Assembly (NCBI GenBank): GCA_002633005.1
Contig: NMRA01000530.1
Coordinates: 117,349 to 181,348, forward strand
Origin: Phoronis australis
Taxonomy: Eukaryota > Animalia > Phoronida
DNA: 64,000 nt
Direction: 5' to 3'
Positions 12,839 to 24,522 of the stretch are shown here, piece after piece (the stretch's first letter is position 1; every line of letters begins with the position of its first letter). The translations under genes and the position numbers were made by a program. The notes under the pieces are model-generated. The model did not search any database, was not told the DNA's origin, and worked only from the letters and a program-made list of their open reading frames with translations.

Positions 12839-15800
12839 GTCAGTTATGTTGTTCATTTGTTCTGCTGAGCTGTATGAGGACATGTATGTTAAAGTGAGGT
12901 CATGCCGAACATCCTACTCTCCCAACTAGTGTCGGTGTTATTTGGACGTTTCTGTATTTCAAAGCGAGGCTCGTGTTGTTTTGCATTTGACGAAAGAAAT
13001 AATCATTTCTGAAATCAAACTAGTTAGCAGTGAACTAGCTTTCCACAAAATTGTGCAATGTCAAGTGAAGCATATTGTCAGTATTTTCGGCAGTTTTAAT
13101 ATTATGATATCAACCTTGTCCCATCTTATGTTGTAGTTACAGATTTTTGGGTCTTGGAAATGGCTCACAATTTCGCTTTAACCTTATTGTCATGGTTATT
13201 TTGCATAGTACGTACTAGTACCTCAAGAAAAATCTGTGCCTGACTGGCAGCATGAACCATCTAACACCAAGCTCTGAACAGTAATTCCATGCCAGACTTT
13301 CAAAAATTCTATGTTACATATTTTCTTCAAAATTTTAGTTAGGTGCTACAACATTTATGCTAGTCTCATTATTGTGCCTTTTTTCTCATTGGTAATTTGT
13401 GAAATGGACTTAAGTAGTAAGTTGTGGCATGCTTGGGGAAACACCTGTCAACGTTTTGTTCAAATTCAGCCAGAGGTGAAATGGATTCTTGTGAAAACAA
13501 TTATATTGACAGTTGAAGCCAAGATAAAACAGTCAAAATCACCAGTTATTCTGTGTCATGACATCTGAGCAAAAAGGGAAGGCCACGCTACGATGCTTGA
13601 GTGTAAACGAAACTGGCCCCGATAGTTTTCCGTCATGACTGGCAATTCCAATCAAGTGGGAAGGCTATCCATTGTTTCTAATTAATCGTAAACTAACCCT
13701 GTATTATCTGTAAAAGATGCTTTGTGGAACAAATGCAGACAACAGATATACTGATGTCATGTTTACTACAAGCGAGGGGGGGGTGACAGAGTGAGAGGGA
13801 GGGAGAGAACATAGTTCATTAATTACGTTTTAACATAAAACAGTAGAATCACGTTTGTGTGGCCATCAACGGCTAACCACCATCAAAGTATATGATACAA
13901 GCATTAGGATAACGCAAGATGTCGAAAATTTTTACAATTATCAGTGTAAGACTGCTAGCATGCATGAAAGTATTGCCAACTGGGTTTGCTAAATGTGAGC
14001 CCAGGTTCGTTCAGTCGGTTGCTTTGAATTATGTGATTCATTGTTTTGTGTCAGTTCTTTGCATCCACCCTCTTGTGAAAATATTCGCCTTGTAGATATT
14101 TGATTTTTTGTTTCTTGAATTTGTTATAGCACAACAGCACATACTGTTATACTATTTGAAATGCACAATACAAGGAACCTAACATAATGTTGCGAAGCCC
14201 AGAGTATAGTCCATAAAAGATGTATTTGCATGCTCCTAACTCTGGTAATGTATAGCAGGAAATAAACAGCAATATATTGCTATTTTAACATAATCAATGC
14301 TAAACAAAGCGCAGTTGTATTCATTGACAACTTGTAAATTGTGAAAACAAAAAATCCTCAAATAGATGCCTTTTGGCTCACATAGCCTGCATTATACAGT
14401 GTTTTTTCTCCAACACCACGTCACGATATTTGCTGGACGTGTATGGTTGCCATAGATCATTTTCACCACAAAACTCATTCTTAAAAATGTTTGGAATTTT
14501 TCAACCTACCTCAACTTCACATGGTCCTATATGTTGTGTTTCTTGCTAATTTGGTCAAGGTAATTAGCCAACAAGTTCCACTTTAAAGGAGGCAGCGTAA
14601 ATTCGTTTGGGATTTACGGCTGCATTTAAAATCTTCACGCGTCCTATCTCCCTCTCTTTCAGCAAACAGTGATCCTCTGCATGTAGTTACCAAATTGTTT
14701 ATGGCTTTATTTATGGCTATGATTTTGCGACATGTGGATTTTTTTGTTGGTGTCAGTTTGATACCGTTGTTGAACAAAGTTTATTTAGTCAAAGAGTTTG
14801 AAAAAGCATGAAACTGAGTGATCAAATTTTACAGTAAAACTTTCACGGCTGTCATTGTGGCATAAAAATTCTTAATACTTGGGCAATACTCCGTTGTCCA
14901 GTTGTTATCATAACCCTTAATGCACAGTACATGTGTACATTGGGAACTGTGTAAAAGTTAAAAGACTATTGTGGCGACATCTGAAGATTCGGATATGGGA
15001 TTACTGACCTTGTGATGTGTCATTTTCAGGCGGAATTGTCCTTCATGACACTGGGAATTTTTGTTTGTTTGTTTGTTTTCTTTTGGCTTGTACTGTATTC
15101 TCTGTTTTATACACCAATTTTTTGTCGAATTTCGACATTGTTAACTATTGTACTTTAAAGTTTTGGTCTTGCTCTTGAAAAATTATTCTGCTTCTGATTA
15201 CCATATCAGTACATAGCAGCATTTGCCTTTGGTAATGGTCTGATATAACGTGCCCGAATTTTGAGAACCAATTTTCTTCACTGATTAACGGGCACCAAAA
15301 TGGTTCTCAAAATAGGACACGTTATAACAGTCTATTGCCTTGTCGGTAATGGTCTGATATAACATGCCTGATTTTTTAGAACCAGTTTTCTCCACTGAAT
15401 AACAGGCATCAAACTGGTTCTCAAAATAAGGGCATGACAGATTCCTCATACAATATGGTGTATATGGTGTGTCCATCATTAGAACAAAATAATTTCATCT
15501 CTTTAATTAAGTTGTGAACAGGCATTATACAGCTGATTTCATTTTGATTCCAGATGTCGTCAACAAAGCACCTCCGGGAAGCATCACATTTCTGCCATCA
15601 GGTGACTCATCGGTGCCCCACGTAAAAACCGAGCCGGGCCAACTCATGGCGCCCTCGTCATCCAAGTCGCCCCGACCAACTGCGGGCAGTAAGCGCAGTG
15701 CAGAGCAATTGGCCAGAGTCCAACAAAACTTGCTCATTCAACAGCAAAGACAATTCAACATGGCTAAGAAACGGAAAATTGAGGGGCCGAGACCTCCTGT

Positions 15801-18800
15801 TGTGCGGGGCAGGCCGCCCAGGGTTCCTGCTCCGAGACAGGTCCACCCTGGACTTGAGGGCATGCCCCAGGCCCATGGCATGCCTGGCCCACGGATGCGC
15901 ATGCCAGCTCCAGTTAGAATGTCCATCGGTGCCTCTTCAGTGCCCATGAGTATGGCTGGTGTGAGCATGCCACCAAGTCAGCCGACAACGGAGGTAAGAC
16001 CAAGGATGACTCCACCGTCTCCACAGTCAGCCACGACCGTTCCGAAGCAACCTACCATGTTTCCGATGTCACAGTCAAGTGTCACAACTCCAGAGCCAAA
16101 CAATGCCATTGCAGTGTCTGATTCTGATGCCCTGCCTGCCTCGACACCTGTCTCAGCCCCATCTTCTCTCGGTACTGCTGTCAATCCGCCTACTGAAGAT
16201 ATACCACTGTCAAAAGCAATAGAGTCCTTGTGCAGTGATGACAGTAAAGAAGACCAGCTTCAAAGTGATAGCGAACCAGCCACACTGAAAACCGATTCTG
16301 CAAAAGAACTGTTCCCTGACAAAGACTCAAATGGACAGGAAAAAAATATGGAGAAGAAAAAGAAAGAGAGCCTCAAGTCTCACTTGAGTCCTGTTGTTAG
16401 TCTTGAGAGACTCATCTTGCCGTTGAGCTCTGGCACAAGTACCAAAACTTCGGAGAGTGTCGCAGATATGCTTTCCAAAAACTCTAACAGCCTGAGCTCT
16501 AGTCAAGAAGACAAAGACCTAGCTTTCCTTGACGACATCTTGGCCCAAGGCGACTCTGGTTCAGCTAGTGACCAGGCCAAATTCAATGAGGTTGCTCGGT
16601 CCATAGAGGACCAGTTGTCATCAATCTCTGCTGAAATTCTCAATGCCACACCAGAGAAGTGTCCTCCAAGCAAAGAAGTCAACCCAACATCAGCCCCTCC
16701 GCCACCTATTCCAATGTCTCGTCCTGTGCTTAGCCCCAGTCCCGGCAAGAACCTCAAGACACAACTCACTAATTACCTGACGGGTAAGATGCAACCGAGT
16801 CCCCAGATGGGGCACCCGCAGTCACCGCAGGACACTCGGGTTGGCATGATCCACCAGGGCCCTCTCTCTCCAGCCAGCATACAGTACTCGGCCCTGTCTC
16901 CTCGAGGCTTGCCTCCATCACCTCAAGCAGGACCGCGCTCTCCCTCACCACTGCTCATCCAACAGTTGGCCAGGTCTACACCATCACCATTTGGCACCCA
17001 TCCGCAGCAGCTTCCTAGCATGGCCACTCTTGCTGGCCAACTCAAGACAAGAACACCAGGTGCATCTCCGACTCCCAGCAGCAAAGGTCTTGATCCAGCA
17101 GTCAATGCCTTCTTTCCGCCGTCTAGCTTAGGCATGCCTGCTGGCTTTGGCATGTCGAGCTCTCAGAGCCTGACACCAACAAAGGCAGATGCGAAATGGC
17201 CAACTGGTGCTCCATTGCCCTCGTCACTGAGTCAAGGTTTCCCTTTCCGAAGTCCAACAACGTCTCGACCTCCAGCGTGGGAGGTGACTGGTCAGATCAC
17301 TCCAACTAAATCTCATCCAGGGGGCATGTCGTTACCACCCGGGGCTGTTAGGGGCCCACCATTTCCAATGCATGGTGCACCAGGACCACGACTGCCTCAG
17401 CCACCCAGCCCTGGCTTGATGCCCCATCACATCTCGCCCTTGCCTTTCCCAAGGCCTGCCACATCACCCTCTCAAAGGAAACCAGACAGTCCAGGAAATC
17501 TTGGTAACGTAAGTAGAAGTTATCATCTTGCGCAATTTGAGACAATTTACACCTTAGAATTATTTTGTTGGATCCCAATAACATTTCCGCACTTTTTTGC
17601 GTGATGTTAAAGTAATAGCTTTGATCATTTTACTATCAGACAATGGTTAGCCCTGACAAATGCAGTTTGGCCACGCTCGCCATAGTTGTCGTTTCGAAGC
17701 TCCAGGTTGAGTGCCTTGTTTAGTACAGCAACAGATTGTAAGTGTATTTCACTGAAACTTGGCAGTAATCGACAATTTCAAAAACTGGCACTTGTCTAAT
17801 TCATTAAAGATGTTGGTAAAGAATAAAACATGACATTTTAGAAAGGTGAATTTATCTCAATTTGAGCTTGCTTTTGGTCTGATACACATTCTCAGGCATA
17901 CATTGTGTTGATCATGAGGTTTACTCCTTGCTTTTACATTCGCAAAGCACTTTTCCTGTAAGTTGTTGATCTGCACCATACATCATCTCAATCTCGTCAA
18001 AAAGTCATCTTTCTGCTCATATAGGCAACGAGCGTTCTTAGGACAAGATGGAGGACAATCATAATGCTTTATCAATTTACCATGCTCTGTCAGACTGGAA
18101 TCAACAGCTCGACTGAACTATCCATAGCTGTTACCAGTTATTCTGATTTTTGAAATCATATTGCGCCAAGTATTTTGCTCTGTGATCAACAGTCATTTTT
18201 GTTTTTGTACAGACGCAACGCAGTTCTTGTCCGACCAATAATGATATTCTTTTTTATCTCTGCCCCAATGTTCATCAGTAATTTTGGTATATTATGTTTC
18301 TATGGAGACCTCAGCTGTGGTTGATTTTGGGAAGAGTCCGACTACTGTGGCAGTATGCTGGCTTATGGGTACATCCAACCACTGGAGCTTTCCTTCTTTT
18401 ACATCTCCATTATTGCCAATTCTTTTCGAAGAGCTTCATGAAATTCAGTACATATCCATCTTCTTGCTGCCTCTGCATGTTATCCGCTCCCTAGAAGCAA
18501 TTTTAGCCTTATCTTATTTTGTTGTCTTTTTTGGTTCGAAGAATAGTTGCTTCTGTTGTCACAAAGCTCCATTTGTGGTGAAAGATCTTCTTGAAATTTA
18601 GGTTTTATACTGCATTTTTTCGAGCAATTCCGACTGTGGTCTGCAGTGGCAATTTTGTTAGTTTCTAAGATTTTCTTGTGGTGTCTGTTACTATCTGTCA
18701 GAACTCCTTGAAAAAACATTGTGGCATATGAGATTCTATTAAGGCATATGTGATTAGCATTAATTTATATTACACAGCTGCTGAAGTGCCCCAATCTCAA

Positions 18801-19295
18801 TGTCTACCAGTTTTGCATCTGGTGACCAGAAAAGTAGCCCATGAGACTTGAATTTTAAGTTTTATAGGTAATGCTCACTCTAGTACATTGAAATATATCT
18901 TTGGTATTTACGCTGCACACAGTCTGTGCATATTTTCATTCTTTCCTGCTCTTGTTTTTTTATTAGTGCTGCGTGACCAGACTGTCAAAATGAGTGTTTT
19001 GTTTCAGATAGTTTTAACCAACAGTCGAGCCTTTCCGGTATCAACAGGTGCTCCGTCCAAACCACCAGGTGTCTCTCCGTCCCCTGCTGCTTCATCATCT
19101 GCTAAGAAGGCGGTAGCGCCCTCCAAGAAAGAAGATGTTTCTGAGAATCTGCAGATCAACTACTACAACTCACGCACTTTTGTTTGCAAGATCTGCGGTG
19201 CGGAGTTCGGTCGGAAGTGGACGTTTGACCGTCACTTGAAATCTGTGCATAGTGCACTTACGTCACCAGGTGGCATGGACGGCTCCGTGTTTTAG
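12700..19295 (+). CDS. Pro/Ser-rich nuclear protein with a single C-terminal C2H2 zinc finger (~793 aa; 3 coding exons: 12700-12838, 15554-17508, 19008-19295)
   Basis: Acceptor tttcttcag precedes gccATGG (12700). Donor GTCAGT at 12839 (phase 1) joins acceptor ttccag at 15553 in frame (GAT, D). Donor GTAAGT at 17509 (phase 0) joins gttttgtttcag at 19007. The last exon encodes FVCKICGAEFGRKWTFDRHLKSVH (C-x2-C-x12-H-x4-H). An NLS-like KKRK is present. Confidence 0.8.
15222..15432. repeat. two-copy ~115-bp tandem repeat with an internal hairpin, just upstream of the large zinc-finger exon
   Basis: ggtaatggtctgatataac...agaacca...tggttctcaaaata occurs twice. Confidence 0.8.
15554..17508 (+). CDS. 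zinc-finger gene coding exon 2 (1955 nt, low-complexity Pro/Ser/Gln/Met-rich)
   Basis: Lies within the 696-aa ORF with GC-enriched coding-like composition; bounded by ttccag and GTAAGT. Confidence 0.88.
19008..19295 (+). CDS. zinc-finger gene terminal coding exon (C2H2 finger)
   Basis: Acceptor gtttcag at 19007; C2H2 motif; TAG stop at 19293-19295. Confidence 0.82.
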   Translation: MVLTNSRAFPVSTGAPSKPPGVSPSPAASSSAKKAVAPSKKEDVSENLQINYYNSRTFVCKICGAEFGRKWTFDRHLKSVHSALTSPGGMDGSVF

Positions 19296-22200
19296 TGTAT
19301 CTTTTTATGACGAACTGATTTTTAGTAGCGAAACCATAGATAGAAAGTTAAGATGTGAGAGCACGAATGAATCTGATTTGGTCAGTAGCCAATTTTCACC
19401 AGTTTCATTCTGACAGTAATGATTTTAAAGGCTCACAAACCCCTTTGCCGAACGTGGTAATGATTTAACACTGCAGGCCGAGCAGGTTAGTGTTGACATT
19501 TTTGACAATTAACTGTTATAAGAGCAATTAGTTTTCTGCAGTTTGTTGCATGGAATTCACATTGTGCCATTGTCATCTTGAATTGAGCTCCGAACAATGA
19601 AGGCGGCTATCCATGAGCAGAACCTCTGCGGCAAATGTAGTGCAAAGTTCATTTCAGTAATTGGTAGTGATTTTATGTTTGTTTGGAGCTCGATTCTGTG
19701 GTTCTGAGATGCGTGGTGCTTGTTCTGAGGTGTGTGGGGTTCGTTTCCTGAAAAGTTCCTGATTTGTAAGAGTAAGCAACTTGGTTGTTGTAGAATTGAT
19801 TTAGGGCCAGAATGTGTTGGTTATTCCTGGGACATTAATATGTAGGTATAAGTCTGATTTGTAGAATTGCCAGGCGATCATTTTAAACTCTTAAACCACG
19901 TGTACCATGTGAGATTTAGTAAGTTGTTGCTACTTTGGTTACAAATTAAAGTTCATAAAAAAATTTGTGATCTTAACTGTATCGTTTGTATATTATATGG
20001 TAGTCCTGAACAATGAGGTTGTCTGGAAAATAAGTGCAAATTACACGGAATTCTAGGTAATTAGATGTGGTGAATATTCTGAAAGTCATTTCCTAACTAC
20101 TTACAGATCAAACATAGAAGTCATAAAACAGGTTGATTTATTGGGACAAAATAATCACAGAATTTTGCTTGTCATTGTACCACTTGCATTCTGCGGTCAC
20201 AGTAAAGCAAATTGAGTGATTGCTTGCAATTCATGTGGAAGTTGCCGGTAGCGGAAGGGTTGTTGATCAGTTCTTTTAAAACAGATGGCAGTTTGACACC
20301 CCTTGTGCTTCTGAGTCCCCAGAACGGTGTGTTTCCGAATTTGAACCAGTTTGCATGATGATGGGGTTAAATGGCCTGGCTTATCATTTGGTGGTAAGGC
20401 TGTACGACAGTATACAATTGGCTTCGTAATTGGTATTCAGTCTATGTCGAGGGTATTGCCGTGTCTTGTGGTACAACAGCAGACTACTAGGCTCAGTTAG
20501 GTCAGGAGGAAAGTACAATTATATGCAAATAACCCAGTGACACCATAGATATAAACAACAAATTCTCAACTTCAACATTTTCTTGCATAGTATCCTAGAG
20601 GAGGCGCCACTCTCCTAAATTAACAATTTCTGTTTGCAGTTAGTGTGTTGTGACGGGAAATTCTCGCATCTATGTTACTGTCCAGTACAACGAAAAAATT
20701 TTGGCGTTGAAACACTGTTCAAAGTCTTCCGGTAGTAGAACTGTTGGTATGGTGAGTACTTTTGGCAACCCGACCTCACAACAGTTGACCACGATTAGCA
20801 GTTGACGTACTTACTGGTAGTAAAACTTGCTTATTTTGCCAGGTGTTGCTATTGAATAGCGATGTCACGGCTTATGCGCATGATCACAGATTTTGTCCAT
20901 ATACGGAGCTGGCGATCCATGTACTATAGTCTTTGGTGACACTAATTCACGCTGCTGAATAATGGAAGTGTTCGCAAAAATACTGCTCAAATACGGTGTC
21001 TTTTGCAGAGTATCGATATCCGACCGTATGGAAAATGCTGAACTTTGTCCAGACCTACACTTTCATTGAGTTGTTAGTTTAGATGGGTTTGTATTCTTGG
21101 TGATTTCAAAGTACATTTCTGCCTTGTGCATAGAATTTCTGTATGTCTAATTTTAGTTGTTTCTGTTGTTACCATTAGTACAATGTGAATAGTGACTGAC
21201 AAGGAGTCCAGATTTGTCATTGGCTAGTGTCAGTTCAATCAAATGGATCTTGTGACCTTCTCACCCTTTGTATACCCTCGTTTACTTCTTAGATCTGGGA
21301 AAGAAGAATGATTGCCATGTGACCATTGTTACCGGGATTTTCTGTAGAAAAGCCGATGTTCGTGTATTAAAAAAATGAAAAATTACAGCCATTTTAGTAA
21401 CATCAAATAAATGCCCGGGTGTTTATTCGGAAAAGGGGGTGTGTAAACGGAAAGTCATTGGTTTCCTGACTTGGACATTTTTAAAAATGAGTTTAAATTT
21501 TGTTAACAAATGCATAGTTAGCAGCACGTTTAGTGGGCTTTTAAGAGAAATTGAGGAAATTTTATGAATAAACACCCTGCTATCTAGGCACTTGACACCA
21601 GAAGTTGCAACACCAAATAAATGCCCAATGGGGGTTTTAGCAGGTGGGCTTATCTGCAGATTACCTCGGTAAGACTTAGACAGAATGTGGGAAATTCTGG
21701 TACAGAAATAAAGTATGGCAAGAGGTGCCAATTTGTTACTGTTAGAAAAATGTCTCTGGAGAATCATTGCGGCCATTGCAAGTTATTCAGAGATAGCACT
21801 CTTTATACTGAAGCCAGCAGAGAGACATAACCTTGATATCTTTGAACAAAATTCTCTCACTTACTACGACTTCGAGTTTGAACAGTGCAATAGGTGCTCT
21901 CATAGTTGGACTAATGGTGCCCATCATGTGTTGAGAAGTCTGCTGTCCCTCACTTTTAAAATCACTTCGTGCTGTACACCAGGTTGACAAGACTGTTGTC
22001 AGTGTTTTACAGAAAGTGTCTTTATAACACACTTGTTTAGATTTGAAAAGAACATTGTTTATTTGAGTAAGTACTGAATAAGGTGTCCAGAATAAGGACA
22101 TAGTTTTATGTTGTATTTTATTCACTGATTCATTACAGGCAAACAATGACATTTCATTGGTACATAGGTTTGAGGTTTTCTCTAGGTGCTTGCCAGTAGT

Positions 22201-22439
22201 GAATCTAGTGCAGCAGTAGTCAATTAGCATTTTAGGAAAGTTTCAGTAGTCTGGTTGTACAGCAACTGAGAGCTTGAAGATTTTTCAAGTTGTATTGTAA
22301 ATTTGTAGACTGTTTATTCTCCGTTGTTTATCTTCTCATGTTATATTCATATCATTCGTAGTGCAAGAATTAATTTTAGTCATTGAGACTTTTATGTTAT
22401 ATTTTTGTAAATACATTGTAAAGTACGATAACAACTTGA

Positions 22440-22650
22440 TTTTGTTTATTTATTTATTAAAACTTCTTTAAAAGACTGGGTGACCACTTTAGTGAATACA
22501 CTGATTTTCAAGTGAGCCCAGTTGAAAATAATTACATGAAGAAAAATATAGAGTGCTATGTACAATTAGATTGAAATGATTAACAGATAAAATAAATAAG
22601 TTATAAAAATACATACAATTAGATGAATAAATAAAATAGAGAAAAAATGA
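22440..22650 (-). mobile_element. 3' tail of a related CR1/L2-like LINE or SINE
   Basis: (ttta)n followed by actgggtgaccactttagtgaatacactgattttcaagtgagcccagt; same layout as the 6650 tail. Confidence 0.55.
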
Positions 22651-23984
22651 CTAGCTGAGACATACAGTCCTGAACTGCACACAAAATCCCAGAATTTCTG
22701 AGTGAAGATGTGTACATTGGGCATGCTTGTGACCATATGCGACCTTGGGTGTCTTTGGAACTGTTACCCATGGAAATGGAATCCTCAACTCCACAAAACT
22801 GAAGGTTACGGAGGACCTTGTCGACAACTCTGTATTAAACAAAACTATTTTAGCCCAACAAAAGATGTTTACAGGAAATGGAAAGCCTGTTGTAGAACTT
22901 TGACTTCTATGTGTGCACATATTTATATGCATTATGCTACCGTCCCTGTTTGTCCAGCGTCTGCTGCTCTATCTTCAAAGGGCTTTGTATGTGTCACATG
23001 AAATTTTACACAAATGGTCCTTTCATGGATTTGACAGCATGAGCGAATTTTATTCCTTCCCAGAATCCCCCAGTGCTACCATGAGATACGGACATGTGTG
23101 GATGAGTCATCATTACACGGACATTCTTTGTCGGGAGAGGACGTGCTTCTTCTCCCGCGAGTCTGCGCCAATTCTTGCGCTTTTATTCACTATTTTGCAC
23201 AACTCTTTGCTAGTGAATGTTTGCTTTCTTTCTTGGAAATACGTGGATTATGTTATTACTGACTTTGTTGCTACACATATGGTCCATTCATGGATTAGAC
23301 AGCATGAGCGAATTTTCTAATGGATTTGACTATGGGTGTGCTCCCTAGGGGCAATTTTATTTTTTTACGTTGCTCTTGTTAATTTACCAGAAGTCTGCCA
23401 TTAGTTCGGTCACATGACTATGTTTTGTTAGTAAAAAACAACACTCATAGCTAGACAACGGTAGAAGCAACATGACAGAATTTCAGTTCATATCAATGTT
23501 CTAGGGGAAATCTCAAAAGTGCTGTTAGTTTTTTAAATTATCATTTAGTTTTCACTTATTAAGTAACTTGATTTTTCCAACAAAATCATATAACTCCCAA
23601 TTTCGATAGGCCCTCGTGCCAAGGTGGAATATTTTAAAAACAATTCCTTGTAGCTTGTAGGAGCAGGTTTAAAAGATACCAGAAAGTCTTGCATGGATCC
23701 AATAAGTCAAATCTAAGACGTGATGTACTTAATGTAGCCACATGCGGACATTTTTCTAGGGTCCTACATATAAATTTAATTATGCACAACTGGAAGTTTA
23801 CTGTTACCACACAAATGTTCAATGTACCTGAAGTTTTCTATGAGTGGTGGCTATCATCTACAATGTGATTTCTTTGATTTTTATGATTTTGCCTTCATTT
23901 ACCGCAGCTGTTGTTTACCACACAGAGCCACAATGTCTTAATACCCACTCCTTACTTCAAGAGTCATTAAAATGATTGTACATA

Positions 23985-24120
23985 CATGGGCGGCGCACCA
24001 TAGGGGGCTGGGGGGCTATAACTCCCACTTTTTTAAGCGGTTCTGCATACATCTGGTCTATCGGCGGTGCACAAAAGGGAGGCTATAGCCCTCCACTTTT
24101 TCAGTGCTGCGCCACCAATG
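23985..24120. mobile_element. 136-bp MITE, 5-bp TSD ACATA
   Basis: Termini CATGGGCGGCGCACCA...TGCTGCGCCACCAATG; ACATA at 23980-23984 and 24121-24125. Confidence 0.75.
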
Positions 24121-24468
24121 ACATAGTCTCATTGGGACAACGATGATTTGTAAAAACCATTTCTTAAAGCAACATTCCAACTTTAAACAATAATACTCAA
24201 GGCTGAAGAACAAATGGAAGGGAGAAACCTTGGTAAGAGATCGATCACTTTCAAACGAGAGACAATGATGAACAACTGACAAGCTTCACAGCATAAACTT
24301 AAAACACGTGGGCCAAACAACAGTGTGTCTGGGGTTTGGTACTCTCAGCTCCTGATATGAGGAATCATCACTGTCATTTTAAGAAACACCACAGTAATAA
24401 CTAAAGAGTGCTGAACTGATGTGACCTTTCTTAATTCCTGAACACGATAGCTTAAAATGAATCCTGGG

Positions 24469-24522
24469 TTAACTCCATGTCTTTCCAGCAACAACCTTTG
24501 GTGATAATAACTGATCCCATAC
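24469..24522 (-). CDS. hdac12: HDAC terminal exon (VWDQLLSPKVVAGKTWS*)
   Basis: Strong acceptor ttttttttacag; phase 0; VW follows RAATR. Confidence 0.7.
   Translation of the reverse strand, partial: VWDQLLSPKVVAGKTWS

Noticed and set aside
15525-17584. Multiple antisense and alternate-frame ORFs over the large exon
   Set aside because: These are expected shadows of a GC-rich coding exon; they show no motifs or splice support.
23008-23320. ~45-bp direct repeats (catggatttgacagcatgagcgaatttt) as LTR-like ends
   Set aside because: Too short, with no TG...CA termini, primer-binding site or TSD.
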